From: a virus
Virus record (IMG/VR): IMGVR_UViG_3300009149_000022
Coordinates: 1-64,000 of that record
DNA: 64,000 nucleotides
Reading direction: 5' to 3' (one strand)
Below the pieces are notes generated by a model. It made no database searches, had not been told where the DNA came from, and saw only the letters and a program-made list of their open reading frames with translations. Each line of letters begins with the position of its first letter. Within the stretch, counting starts at the first letter, position 1. The translations under genes and the position numbers were made by a program. Of this stretch, positions 9,492-19,257 are shown piece by piece.

Positions 9492-10996
9492 TAATAGATA
9501 TTGAACAAAATAAGTATTCTAATACAGTAAAGATTTCTTACATAGATGCAGAAAGGAATAGACAAATCATAGATATTCCAAAAAGTGATTTTTGGAAATG
9601 GCAATATAATGAAGGAAATTATGTTGACAACACCTTTAAATCTTGGGATAATAGAAATGTTATTAGGGTATCATATAAAGATGATAGTCACATAGACAAG
9701 AAAAGTATTTGGGAATGGATTAATGTACACCCACAATATAAAGATATCATATATCAATTTAATTTACCCAAGATACTTTTTTGTGATATTGAAACCGATA
9801 TACACGATGGGTTTCCCGATCCAAATGTGGCAAAAGAAAAAATAACCGCAATTACAGTTTGTTGGAAAGATGATAACAACAAAATTCAAGTTCTTGTACT
9901 AGGAGAAAAAGAAGATTTCGATTATAAAAAACAGAAAGAAATGAACAATTTTATTGTTGATTATTTTTCTAAAGTAACAGATATGGATATCATAATGAAA
10001 TATTTACATATCCCGGACGAAAAAAAATTATTAGAATCGTTTGTGAAAATTTGCTCAAAATTTCATGTCTTAACAGGATGGAATTTCATAAATACTTTTC
10101 GAGCGAATTGGGCCAATGATAGTGGTTTTGACTGGCCATTCTTATCAAATAGAATGGACTTATTAAAGGTTGACTATAAACAAATATCACCAACAAATAA
10201 CGTATCTAGGAAAAAAGATATAGGTAAAGTACCTAGTCATTTTGCAATTGTTGATTATATGTATTATTTTGATGCATTTGATAGAAGTATTAAAGTAAAA
10301 GAATCTAAAGGTTTAGATTTTGTTTCTGGACAAGTGTTGGGTGTTAAGAAATTGAAATATGGTAACTATCCTGTTATGAATGGGGATGTACTAAAAGAAA
10401 TGTATCAAAATGATTATGATACATATTGTATATACAACGCTATTGATACTATTTTAGTGCTCTTAATACACGAAAAAAGACAACCATTTACTGCCATTTT
10501 AGCACAAGGAAATGCATCAGGTAATCATATAGACAAAGCAGATTCTGCTGTTAACGTTACTGAAGGTTTTATGTCAAAAGCATATATCCAAGATAATAAA
10601 GTATTGCCCCTTATAGATATATCAAAAAGAGAAAAAGAATCTTATGAAGGTGCATATGTAAAATCTCCAATAGCTGGGTTACACACCCTAACGTGTTGTT
10701 ATGATTTTAGTTCACTTTATCCTTCTATATCTAGATTCTTAGAATTGGGGTTTGAAAATTTTGATAAAAAGATTATAGGAGATTTAAAAAAATATTCAAA
10801 CTACAAAGAACAATCTGTAAAATTAGAAAGAACTAATAATGATGAAATAATAAGTGTTACTGGTTGTGTCTTTAAAAAGGGTCAATCTACTTTGAAAACA
10901 GTATATGATGATTTGTATGCTGACAGAAAGAAAAATCAATACCGATCTAAATTGTGTGCAAAAATATCACACGAAATAAAACAAAAACGTAAATAA
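9488..10996 (+). CDS. gp43: DNA polymerase B, N-terminal part (3'-5' exonuclease, motif A, first fingers helix)
   Basis: DIETD (ExoI), TGWN...FDWP (ExoII), YNAID (ExoIII), YEGAYV, YDFSSLYPSI; ends after ADRKK. Confidence 0.92.
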   Translation: MIIDIEQNKYSNTVKISYIDAERNRQIIDIPKSDFWKWQYNEGNYVDNTFKSWDNRNVIRVSYKDDSHIDKKSIWEWINVHPQYKDIIYQFNLPKILFCDIETDIHDGFPDPNVAKEKITAITVCWKDDNNKIQVLVLGEKEDFDYKKQKEMNNFIVDYFSKVTDMDIIMKYLHIPDEKKLLESFVKICSKFHVLTGWNFINTFRANWANDSGFDWPFLSNRMDLLKVDYKQISPTNNVSRKKDIGKVPSHFAIVDYMYYFDAFDRSIKVKESKGLDFVSGQVLGVKKLKYGNYPVMNGDVLKEMYQNDYDTYCIYNAIDTILVLLIHEKRQPFTAILAQGNASGNHIDKADSAVNVTEGFMSKAYIQDNKVLPLIDISKREKESYEGAYVKSPIAGLHTLTCCYDFSSLYPSISRFLELGFENFDKKIIGDLKKYSNYKEQSVKLERTNNDEIISVTGCVFKKGQSTLKTVYDDLYADRKKNQYRSKLCAKISHEIKQKRK

Positions 10997-11028
10997 ATAC
11001 ATTTAATAATAAACAAAACAGTAATTTA

Positions 11029-11817
11029 ATGAAAAAAGTAGTATTAAAAACAGTAGACCTAGTAAAGTTTAACAACTTTATTGATTCATTGATTCCACTT
11101 AATGAAACCGGAACTATTTATTTTAAAATAGATTCTAAATATATTAGTACAGATTCACATAATGATAGTGGTACTATCATTAAGAGTCTGAAATCTGAAA
11201 TTAGTCAAATATGTGGAGAATCAAACTTAGATAGTATTGATAAACCAATTAAACTTTGTTTCTATGATGGTAAAAAAGTAAAGAAAGCATTTTCCTTTTT
11301 GAGTGGTAATGAAATTACTTGTGAAATATCGTTTTCAGAACTAGAATCAACCGGTGAATATTTTGCAGAAACTGTTAAGATTTCTAGTCCTAAAATATCC
11401 ATCACATTAGATGCAGCAGACCCAGAATTATTCGAATTTGCAAATGTACCAGAAGATAAAATAGAAGAGGTTAAAAATGTTTCAAATGCTGATTGTAATT
11501 TTAGAATGAGTGCAAATGAAATTTTACAAGTTCAAAAATTCTTAGATTTTGATAAAAATGAAGAAGTTGAATTTAGAGTAAATGGACAAGTTACCGTTTG
11601 TTCAGAAGATGCTTATGATATTTCAATTTCAGATGATTTCGAAGGATTGCCTAATGGTGGTATGAATATCTATAAAATAGGTAAAGAACTATTTAAATTA
11701 GTAGATTCTAATTCATATGTTGTATATCCAGTATTAGATGAATGTAAAATAATTTTTAAAGCAGAAGATAATTCTACACAAGTAGTTATCACATTACATG
11801 AAGACATAGATTTATAA
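11029..11817 (+). CDS. gp45: Sliding clamp (gp45/PCNA-like)
   Basis: 262 aa acidic protein with a two-domain alpha/beta pattern; replication context; clamp loader subunits present elsewhere in the window. Confidence 0.65.
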   Translation: MKKVVLKTVDLVKFNNFIDSLIPLNETGTIYFKIDSKYISTDSHNDSGTIIKSLKSEISQICGESNLDSIDKPIKLCFYDGKKVKKAFSFLSGNEITCEISFSELESTGEYFAETVKISSPKISITLDAADPELFEFANVPEDKIEEVKNVSNADCNFRMSANEILQVQKFLDFDKNEEVEFRVNGQVTVCSEDAYDISISDDFEGLPNGGMNIYKIGKELFKLVDSNSYVVYPVLDECKIIFKAEDNSTQVVITLHEDIDL

Positions 11818-11818
11818 T

Positions 11819-12562
11819 ATGTCCATAAGCATTAAAAATATGAGCACAGAAGAACTAGAGAATTTCGATTGGGATTCTCTAGATGATTCTCAATTAGATA
11901 AAGTTCTTGTTCAGTTAGATGATGAAGCCAATATTAAGAAAACACTAGAGCAAAGTAACAAATTAGTTCTTAATTCAATATATGGCGCACTTGCGTCTAA
12001 ATACTTTTATTGGTATGATAAATCATTAGCTGAAACTATTACTATACAAGGTCAAGATGCTATTCGATATGCTGAAAAGGCATTAGATTCTTATTTTCAT
12101 AATGTTTTTCACAAAGATAAATTAGTTTTGACTAAACTAAAAGAATTGTGTCCAGATGTTAATATTGAACCACAACCGTGTGTGAAACCCACTGTGGTAT
12201 ATATTGATACGGATAGTGTCGATAAAGATACTATTGTTAGTACTAATAAAGGCAATATTAGAATAGAAGATTTATATAACGAATCTAACAATAGTGCTGG
12301 TAATACACAAAACGGTCACGAATCAGTAACAACCAATAAAACCGTATTAAATTGGTCAAAAGAAAAAGGACTATATCAAGCACCAGTGAAAAGAGTTATT
12401 AGACACAAAGTAACTAAAGCAAAGTGGAAACTTAAAACTAAATCAGGAAAGGAAGTAATCGTAACTAATGACCACTCTATGATTGTTTTTAGGAATGGTA
12501 TTAAAGTTCAAGTTAAACCATCAGAAATTAAAAAAACTGATAAAATATTATCAGTTTTGTAG
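11819..12562 (+). CDS. gp43: DNA polymerase B middle part (motif B, start of motif C) fused to split intein N-half
   Basis: KLVLNSIYGAL, TIQGQ, YIDTD, then SVDKDT...VIVTNDHS (intein blocks A and B). Confidence 0.92.
   Translation: MSISIKNMSTEELENFDWDSLDDSQLDKVLVQLDDEANIKKTLEQSNKLVLNSIYGALASKYFYWYDKSLAETITIQGQDAIRYAEKALDSYFHNVFHKDKLVLTKLKELCPDVNIEPQPCVKPTVVYIDTDSVDKDTIVSTNKGNIRIEDLYNESNNSAGNTQNGHESVTTNKTVLNWSKEKGLYQAPVKRVIRHKVTKAKWKLKTKSGKEVIVTNDHSMIVFRNGIKVQVKPSEIKKTDKILSVL
12215..12559 (+). mobile_element. Split intein N-fragment (115 aa, Ser1, no Cys)
   Basis: Begins at S immediately after YIDTD; block B TNDH; followed by a stop codon. Confidence 0.9.
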
Positions 12563-12638
12563 TTCATTATGGAAAGAATTAATATGGCATAATGGACAAA
12601 GAAAACAAATTCAATAGAACAAGTAGAAAAAATAGTAA

Positions 12639-12767
12639 ATGAAATACGAAATAGAAGAAATAGAATCAATTGAGTGTATAGGAGATTTCGAAGATGAATA
12701 TGTCTATGATATTGAAGTAGATGACGATACTCACACTTTCATTGCTAATGGTATATTAGTTCATAAT
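12639..12767 (+). mobile_element. Split intein C-fragment (43 aa, ends His-Asn, Ser+1)
   Basis: Blocks F and G recognised directly. Confidence 0.9.
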
Positions 12768-13592
12768 AGTGCTTATGTTACTTTCGAAGAGGTTGCGGAA
12801 AAAATTAATTGGACGGGTTCTCCTACTGATCTTGTATTAACTATTAATGAAATTAGATTATCTGGTTATCTAAAAAAGGTATTTGATAAATACGCCGAAT
12901 CTTACAACACAGATAATTATTTAGATTTCGAATTAGAAACTATTAGTAAATCTGGTATATGGGTTAAGAAAAAGAAATACACACAAGATATTGTGTGGGC
13001 TGATGGTAAATTCTATGATAGTGGAACATATACAAAAACAACCGGTCTTGAAATTATTAGACTAACAACACCACCTTTTTGTAGACCTGAATTATCTAAA
13101 TTGGTTCAATGGATATTTGATAAAGGTAAAAACTTTACACAAAGAGATATAACCATTGAATTACTAAAACTAAAGAAACGATTTGCCATAGCAGGTATAG
13201 AAGACATTTCGATAACAACAGCAATTGGTGACTATGAAAAATATGTTATAGATGACAAAGACTCTTTAAATCTCAATGATGGTTGTGGTACACATATTAG
13301 AGGTGCTGCGATTTATAATATGTACATTAATAACAATTCATCATATGAAAATCAATACGAAAGGTTAAAAACGGGTGACAAGGTAAAATGGTATTATGCA
13401 AAATCACATAAATCAGATTATAACGTTTTTAGTTTTAAACGTGGTTCATTCCCTAAAGAATTTGCACCAGAAGTGGATATTGATTTGATGTTTGAAAAAA
13501 CTATCATAAATCCATTAAACAACATACTACAAGCAATACCAGGTATTAATAAACTATCTGGATCTTTAAAAATTAAAAATCGTTTATTTTAA
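12639..13592 (+). CDS. gp43: Split intein C-half fused to DNA polymerase B C-terminal part (palm/thumb)
   Basis: YVYDIEV...TFIANGILVHN|SAYV, then KKKKY, TGLEIIR, HIRGA, GDKVK. Confidence 0.92.
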   Translation: MKYEIEEIESIECIGDFEDEYVYDIEVDDDTHTFIANGILVHNSAYVTFEEVAEKINWTGSPTDLVLTINEIRLSGYLKKVFDKYAESYNTDNYLDFELETISKSGIWVKKKKYTQDIVWADGKFYDSGTYTKTTGLEIIRLTTPPFCRPELSKLVQWIFDKGKNFTQRDITIELLKLKKRFAIAGIEDISITTAIGDYEKYVIDDKDSLNLNDGCGTHIRGAAIYNMYINNNSSYENQYERLKTGDKVKWYYAKSHKSDYNVFSFKRGSFPKEFAPEVDIDLMFEKTIINPLNNILQAIPGINKLSGSLKIKNRLF

Positions 13593-13609
13593 AAAAATGA
13601 AATAATTAT

Positions 13610-14830
13610 ATGACAAAAGTAAGTAAAAAACACAGTTCTGTCGATGACATATTCAAAGAATTAGGAGAAGTTAACCCCTTTGGAACAAGTTCCTTTGGTA
13701 ATTCAGAAACCTATAAGAATGAAACATGGATAGATTCTGGTAATTGGATTTTAAATGCAGCCCTAAGTGGATCAATAAAAAAAGGGTTTCCAAGTACTAA
13801 ACAAACCAGTTTAGTAGGAGAATCTGGTAGTGGAAAAACATTCTTAACATTGAACGCTGTAAGAAATGCCCAACAAATGGGTTACACACCAATATATTAC
13901 GATACAGAAGGTGCTGTTGATCCACAAGCATGTATAAATTTTGGAATTGATTTAGATAATTTTAGACACGAACCAGTTTCCGAAATCGAAAAACTGAAAA
14001 CCATGTTTGCTATTTTTATCAAGAGTTTAACAGATTTAAAAATAAAAGGTAAAGAAATTCCAAAATTTATTTTGATTCTAGATTCTATTGGTATGGTTGC
14101 ATCATCTAAAGAAATCGAAGATGCGAGAACGGGTAATAGTGCTGCGGATATGACAAGAGCAAAACAAATACGATCTTTTTTTAGAATAATCACATCTGAT
14201 TTAAATTCATTGGGAATACCTATGTTATTCACAAATCACGTAGGTGTTAATATAGGAGGATATGGTGATCCTGTTGTACAAGGTGGTGGTAGTGGTGTGG
14301 TTTATTCACCAAGTATTACATTATTTTTATCTAAAGCTAAATTGAAAGATGATAAAGGTGATGATAAGAAACAAACTGGTGTTATAGTTACAGCAAAAAC
14401 CGGTAAAAATAGATTTGCACAACCAAAAACAATTAAATTCCCCATTTTCTTTGATAGACCGTTTAATAGATATATGGGTGTACAAGATTATTTGACTTGG
14501 GAAAATGTGGGTATTGCAAAGGGTAATATTTTAACAGAAAAAGAATATAGTAAACTCAAAGGTGCTGAATTAGAAAAAGTTAAATCATTCACACCATCTG
14601 GTAGTGAAGAAGTAATGTATTTTATGCCAAAAGAAACAGCTAGGAATTATGTTATTGAACATTTGGGTATTACGGTTGACGCACGAAACTTATTTACTGA
14701 TAAAGTAATGTTACCCTTAGAAGACCGATTCGATAAAGTTATTAGAAAAGATTTTGAGTTTAGTTCCCAAGAATCTGATAGTGAAATAGATGGTTTGATA
14801 GATGAATCTGATGAAGAAATCGAAGATTAA
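13610..14830 (+). CDS. uvsX: RecA-like recombinase UvsX
   Basis: GESGSGKT, YYDTEGA, LDSIG, DMTRAK, FTNH. Confidence 0.92.
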   Translation: MTKVSKKHSSVDDIFKELGEVNPFGTSSFGNSETYKNETWIDSGNWILNAALSGSIKKGFPSTKQTSLVGESGSGKTFLTLNAVRNAQQMGYTPIYYDTEGAVDPQACINFGIDLDNFRHEPVSEIEKLKTMFAIFIKSLTDLKIKGKEIPKFILILDSIGMVASSKEIEDARTGNSAADMTRAKQIRSFFRIITSDLNSLGIPMLFTNHVGVNIGGYGDPVVQGGGSGVVYSPSITLFLSKAKLKDDKGDDKKQTGVIVTAKTGKNRFAQPKTIKFPIFFDRPFNRYMGVQDYLTWENVGIAKGNILTEKEYSKLKGAELEKVKSFTPSGSEEVMYFMPKETARNYVIEHLGITVDARNLFTDKVMLPLEDRFDKVIRKDFEFSSQESDSEIDGLIDESDEEIED

Positions 14831-14916
14831 AATTGTTAATACATAAATACAAAACCGAATTATCTATGATTTTTCGGTTTTTTGTGTTCATTAAATATAT
14901 AAAATATGATAATCAC

Positions 14917-15120
14917 ATGAAAGGTTTATGCGACATACTAAAAGAATCAAAAGAATCCGATAAATTAGCTAATGGAATAAATAAAGCTATTGTGAAAATT
15001 GATGATAATATGAGTTATACTGATTTTGCACTTGCTGTTGCAAAGATTCTAAAAGATGAATATGGTGAACATAATTTCGAACCATTCACTAAAGTTCTAC
15101 ACAAAGAATTAGGAATGTGA
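14917..15120 (+). CDS. Small late protein with a capsid-targeting-like N-terminus
   Basis: MKGLCDILKES; CATTAAATA at 14889; flanked by terminators (14851-14883, 15146-15176). Confidence 0.55.
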   Translation: MKGLCDILKESKESDKLANGINKAIVKIDDNMSYTDFALAVAKILKDEYGEHNFEPFTKVLHKELGM

Positions 15121-15196
15121 TTTCACATTGCTACATAAAATATATAAAAGGACTAAAATTATTTAGTCCTTTTTTTGTTGTAATATACAAATAAGA

Positions 15197-16501
15197 TTGT
15201 ATATGATAAACACAAGTGAATTTGAAAAGATTTTTTTACTTTTCGCATTAGAAAATCCGGTATATTTAGAACCCATAGAAAGATCATTTTTTTCTGTTCC
15301 TGAAATAGATTTACTTGCAATAATTTCTAAAAAATATTATAAGAAATTCAAAAAAGCACCATCAAAAGAAAACTTGTGGATGTTAATATCTACTGGTGAA
15401 TTAGAAGAAAAATGTCCTAAGATTTTTTTCGATGAAATATTTAAGAAAAACATTAGAGAATATGATATTGAATGGGTTGAACAAACGGCACAATCTTGGA
15501 TTAAATGGAAACACTTAGATTCTTCAATTGTAGATACTGTTGAATATATAAACACCGCAAAAGTTACACCAGAAAATGTTGGTGAAATTGTTGATAGTGT
15601 TAAGAATATGATTAATGGTAGAAACAATCTAACATTTGATGATGATCTGGGTACAGACTTTTTTGATGCAAAATCCCATAAAAGAAATGCAGAAGATTTA
15701 CTTAGTTCTAATTACGATTTCATAGATAAAAACTTAGGTGGTCATTCTAAAGGTACACTAAATGTGTATATTGCACCACCTAATACTGGTAAGTCATTAT
15801 TCCTTTGTCAAGATGCTGCTAATTATATTAAATCGGGAAAAAATGTTTTATACATTTCATTAGAAATGCAAGGACAAAAGGTACATAAACGAATAGGTTC
15901 TGATATTTTCAACATAAATATAAGTCAATACGACAAAAAAGCCGAAGATTTAGACTATATGCAACGTAAGATTACTGAATTCAAAGAAATGAATTTAGTA
16001 ACACCGGGTGCATTAACAGTTAGGAATTACGAAACTAGTAATGCAACAGCTGATGATATTGATAATTTTATTGGTAAAATACAAGATATAACTGGTATAA
16101 TATATGATGTTGTTTTGGTTGACTATATCAACATCATGAAAGATAAAAGAAATCCTAATTCTGAATCTACATATTTGAAAATTAAAAATATATCAGAGGA
16201 TTTAAGAGCAGTTGCACAAAGAAGACATGTTGTGATGATAAGTGCCACACAAACAAATAAAATGGGAATAGAATCGTCTAATTTAAATTTAAGCCATATT
16301 GCAGAGTCAGCTGGTCTTGCTGCAACTTGTGATACTATTATGGCTATTATACAAACAGCTGAAATGAATTTAGAAAATTTCTATTGGTTGAAACTCATAA
16401 AAGTTAGAGATGGATCAAAGGGTGCTAAATGTCGTATCAATATAGACTATGATTATATGAGACTTACTGAAACCAATACTGTTATGTTCGATTCGGAATA
16501 A
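15197..16501 (+). CDS. gp41: Replicative DnaB-like helicase (start possibly 15203)
   Basis: APPNTGKS, YISLEM, VDYINIM, ATQTN, IAES. Confidence 0.92.
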   Translation: MYMINTSEFEKIFLLFALENPVYLEPIERSFFSVPEIDLLAIISKKYYKKFKKAPSKENLWMLISTGELEEKCPKIFFDEIFKKNIREYDIEWVEQTAQSWIKWKHLDSSIVDTVEYINTAKVTPENVGEIVDSVKNMINGRNNLTFDDDLGTDFFDAKSHKRNAEDLLSSNYDFIDKNLGGHSKGTLNVYIAPPNTGKSLFLCQDAANYIKSGKNVLYISLEMQGQKVHKRIGSDIFNINISQYDKKAEDLDYMQRKITEFKEMNLVTPGALTVRNYETSNATADDIDNFIGKIQDITGIIYDVVLVDYINIMKDKRNPNSESTYLKIKNISEDLRAVAQRRHVVMISATQTNKMGIESSNLNLSHIAESAGLAATCDTIMAIIQTAEMNLENFYWLKLIKVRDGSKGAKCRINIDYDYMRLTETNTVMFDSE

Positions 16502-16586
16502 ATTACTACTCTACTAAAGATAATGTAGTAATTTATACCAGTTTGACGGCATTGGTAATGTATTAAAGTTTTTGGTTAAATAATAT

Positions 16587-17534
16587 ATGAAGATAACCGA
16601 AAATGATAATATACAATGGGAAAGAATGGGAATTTACATATTACTAAATGAAAACGGAAAGTGTTATATAGGTAGTACTAACAATATAAAAAATAGATAT
16701 TTTAGACATAAACACCTGTTGGTGAATGGTAAACACGGCAAGTATATACAAAGAGCATATAATAAAAAAACAGCTAAGTTTAATTTTGAAATATTGGAAT
16801 ATGTAGACGATGTTAAAGATTTAAGAAAAAGAGAGGCACACTATATAAAAGAATACCAATCTATGTACTATCAAAATGGATATAATATTTTTGATGTGGA
16901 TGATAATGGATATTTTTGCCATTCAGATGAAACTAAAAAGAAAATATCAGAAGCAAATAGAGGTAAAATACCATATATAGATATTTTTGGGGCACATGGT
17001 GTGACAACTAAAGATGATACAAGATGGGAAAGTGGCGAAATATATCACAATACTACAAATAAAGTTTCTTGTATAGATAGTAATGGAAATACTAAAGTGG
17101 TAACTATGGAAGAATTTGAATCATCAAAAGATTTGTTTGGTGTCAATAAAGGTAAAAGTACATACAAGGACAAGTATGGAAATACTACAATGACTACCAT
17201 AGATGACCCTAGAGTATTAAGTGGTGAGTTGGTTGGTATTACTAAAGGAATACCTTCATTGCATGCCAAGGTAATTACTGTTGATGGTATAACATATCGT
17301 TCGTTAGAAGATGCATATACAACACTAGGAATATCAAAACCAACTTTCCGTAAACTATTAAAGGATGTAAATAATATTATATCTACCGTTCCATTTCAAG
17401 TGTCATTGTCAAAATATTTAGACGAAAAAAATAAAAGACAAGTTATTATAGATGGTATTGTATATAAGAATATGACAGTTGCTGTGAAAGAATTAGGAAT
17501 AAGTAGGTATAAATTAAAAAAACATGAAAGCTAG
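16587..17534 (+). mobile_element. Free-standing GIY-YIG homing endonuclease with NUMOD-type DNA-binding modules
   Basis: GIYILL...CYIGST, R..RH, E, GYN; HSDETKKKISEAN (NUMOD3-like); C-terminal HTH-like repeats. Confidence 0.9.
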
Positions 17535-17604
17535 GATAAACATTGATTATGATTATATGAGATTACAAGAAACTAATACGATTATTTTTGATTCTGGTGA
17601 ATAA
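17533..17604 (+). pseudogene. Orphaned duplicate 3' end of the helicase gene
   Basis: Encodes RINIDYDYMRLQETNTIIFDSGE* versus the helicase end RINIDYDYMRLTETNTVMFDSE* (16433-16501). Confidence 0.9.
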
Positions 17605-17650
17605 AATATTTACACAAAAAAACGCATTTAATAAGTATAAATAAGCATTT

Positions 17651-18127
17651 ATGGCAGAAGAGAAAAAAACAAATAAAGAAACGAATTATTATCTACAAGA
17701 AAGGTATTTGAGTGGTGAGATGAATACCGATAAGATTTCCTTTGAACCTGATACGAGTAGTAGGTTATATTTTGATAATTCACAAGAATCTGCGAATAAG
17801 ATGGTAGATTTAGAAGAATTAGAAAAATGTATTGTGTCCAATGAAACTATTAAAAAAATAATAGATGATATCCCACTAGAAAGGACAATTAATTTACCTA
17901 TTGAAAGTGTAAATAAGATATATTCATATTGTATGTTATTGTTAAAATCTAATGAGCGTTTGTCAAAACTTACTAAGATAGAAATGTTTTCCTTAATAAC
18001 AGATTATATAAATTTGAATGAAAAGGAAACAAAATACTTTTACAAAAACCTATCTATAAAATTCAAATCTGATTTATTAGACGAATTAAAAAAAGCAAAA
18101 CTATATAAAGATAATAAACTTTTTTAA
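17651..18127 (+). CDS. Hypothetical protein, possibly gp33-like late transcription co-activator
   Basis: Helical C-terminal half loosely resembles gp33; ends KDNKLF, like the polymerase C-terminus KNRLF (possible clamp-binding tail). Confidence 0.35.
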   Translation: MAEEKKTNKETNYYLQERYLSGEMNTDKISFEPDTSSRLYFDNSQESANKMVDLEELEKCIVSNETIKKIIDDIPLERTINLPIESVNKIYSYCMLLLKSNERLSKLTKIEMFSLITDYINLNEKETKYFYKNLSIKFKSDLLDELKKAKLYKDNKLF

Positions 18128-18129
18128 TT

Positions 18130-19182
18130 ATGAGTAAAGTATTCTGTCTTTCAGATACACATTTAGGTGCCAGATCGAATTCCACTGAATGGATGGATAT
18201 AATGGAACAAGCACATTTCGACTTTATTATTCCTACTATTAAAAATCATTTTAAACCTGGGGACATCATCATAAATTGTGGTGATGTATTTGATAATAGA
18301 ACATCAGTAAATGTTAAATCATTAGATTTAGGTATAAAGATTTATGAACAATTAGGTCAAATATGTCCTGTACACATTATTGCAGGTAACCACGATATTT
18401 ATTATAAATCAAACACGGATGTTACATCACTAGACATTTTAAAATATATACCCAATGTTCATATTCACAAAACGGTTTCTGTTTTAGAACATGACGGACA
18501 CAAGTTTTTAATGATGCCTTGGCGGAAAGATATAAAAGAAGAAGCAGAAACATTACAAGAATATCAAAAAGAATACAACTGCGAATATGCATTTATGCAT
18601 GGTACATTTTCATTAATAAAATACAATAAATATGTTGACATTCATGAAGAAGATGGTGCCAATCCTAAAAGTGCTGATGGATATAAAAGAGTTTATACTG
18701 GTCATATCCATTGGTCACAACAAAAAAGAAATATTAATGTGATAGGAACACCTTATCAAATAACTAGGGGGGATTCTAGTAACCCTAAAGGTATATTTTC
18801 ATTGGATTTAGAAACGGGTGAAGATACTTTTTATGAAAATCACATATCACCCAAGTTTATTCAATTTAAGATTGATAACATAGACAAAGAACAATTGATG
18901 GAAATTCACAAATTGAGTAATAACAACTTTGTTGATATTAACATTAAAGAAAAATTATTATCATCTAATTCCTCTAAATTGACCAAAGTATTTCATAAGA
19001 TAGGTGAACAAGCAAGGGTTTTGAATATTTTTCCAGTTGAACAAGACTATAGTGATGTAGACGAAAGTTTATCATCATTAGACGCAAAAGGCCTTATAAA
19101 CAAAGAAATTGATAAAAGATTTGAGGGTGAAGATAACAAGAAAGCAAGAAAAATATTTGAAGATTTATTTAAAACGATATAA
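18130..19182 (+). CDS. gp47: Recombination endonuclease subunit (Mre11/SbcD-like)
   Basis: SDTHLG, GDVFD, GNHD, HG, GHIH. Confidence 0.92.
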   Translation: MSKVFCLSDTHLGARSNSTEWMDIMEQAHFDFIIPTIKNHFKPGDIIINCGDVFDNRTSVNVKSLDLGIKIYEQLGQICPVHIIAGNHDIYYKSNTDVTSLDILKYIPNVHIHKTVSVLEHDGHKFLMMPWRKDIKEEAETLQEYQKEYNCEYAFMHGTFSLIKYNKYVDIHEEDGANPKSADGYKRVYTGHIHWSQQKRNINVIGTPYQITRGDSSNPKGIFSLDLETGEDTFYENHISPKFIQFKIDNIDKEQLMEIHKLSNNNFVDINIKEKLLSSNSSKLTKVFHKIGEQARVLNIFPVEQDYSDVDESLSSLDAKGLINKEIDKRFEGEDNKKARKIFEDLFKTI

Positions 19183-19257
19183 ATTATGCAAGAAGTAATA
19201 GAGTTAGTTAATAAGTTTTTCTCAGATAGGGATGAAGTTCAAAAACAATAGAAGAGA

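Noticed and set aside
12560-12640. Stop-codon reassignment or readthrough joining the intein halves
   Set aside because: After the TAG an in-frame TAA follows within ten codons, and IntC is in another frame. TAA, TAG and TGA all end genes normally elsewhere in the window.
16502-17604. Group I intron in the helicase gene
   Set aside because: The helicase already ends with a complete C-terminus and stop, and there is too little non-coding sequence for a ribozyme core.
19186-19257. 21-codon ORF ending in TAG, in frame with gp46, as evidence of TAG recoding
   Set aside because: gp46 has a complete canonical N-terminus at 19258. This is an isolated case, more likely a gene remnant or micro-ORF.
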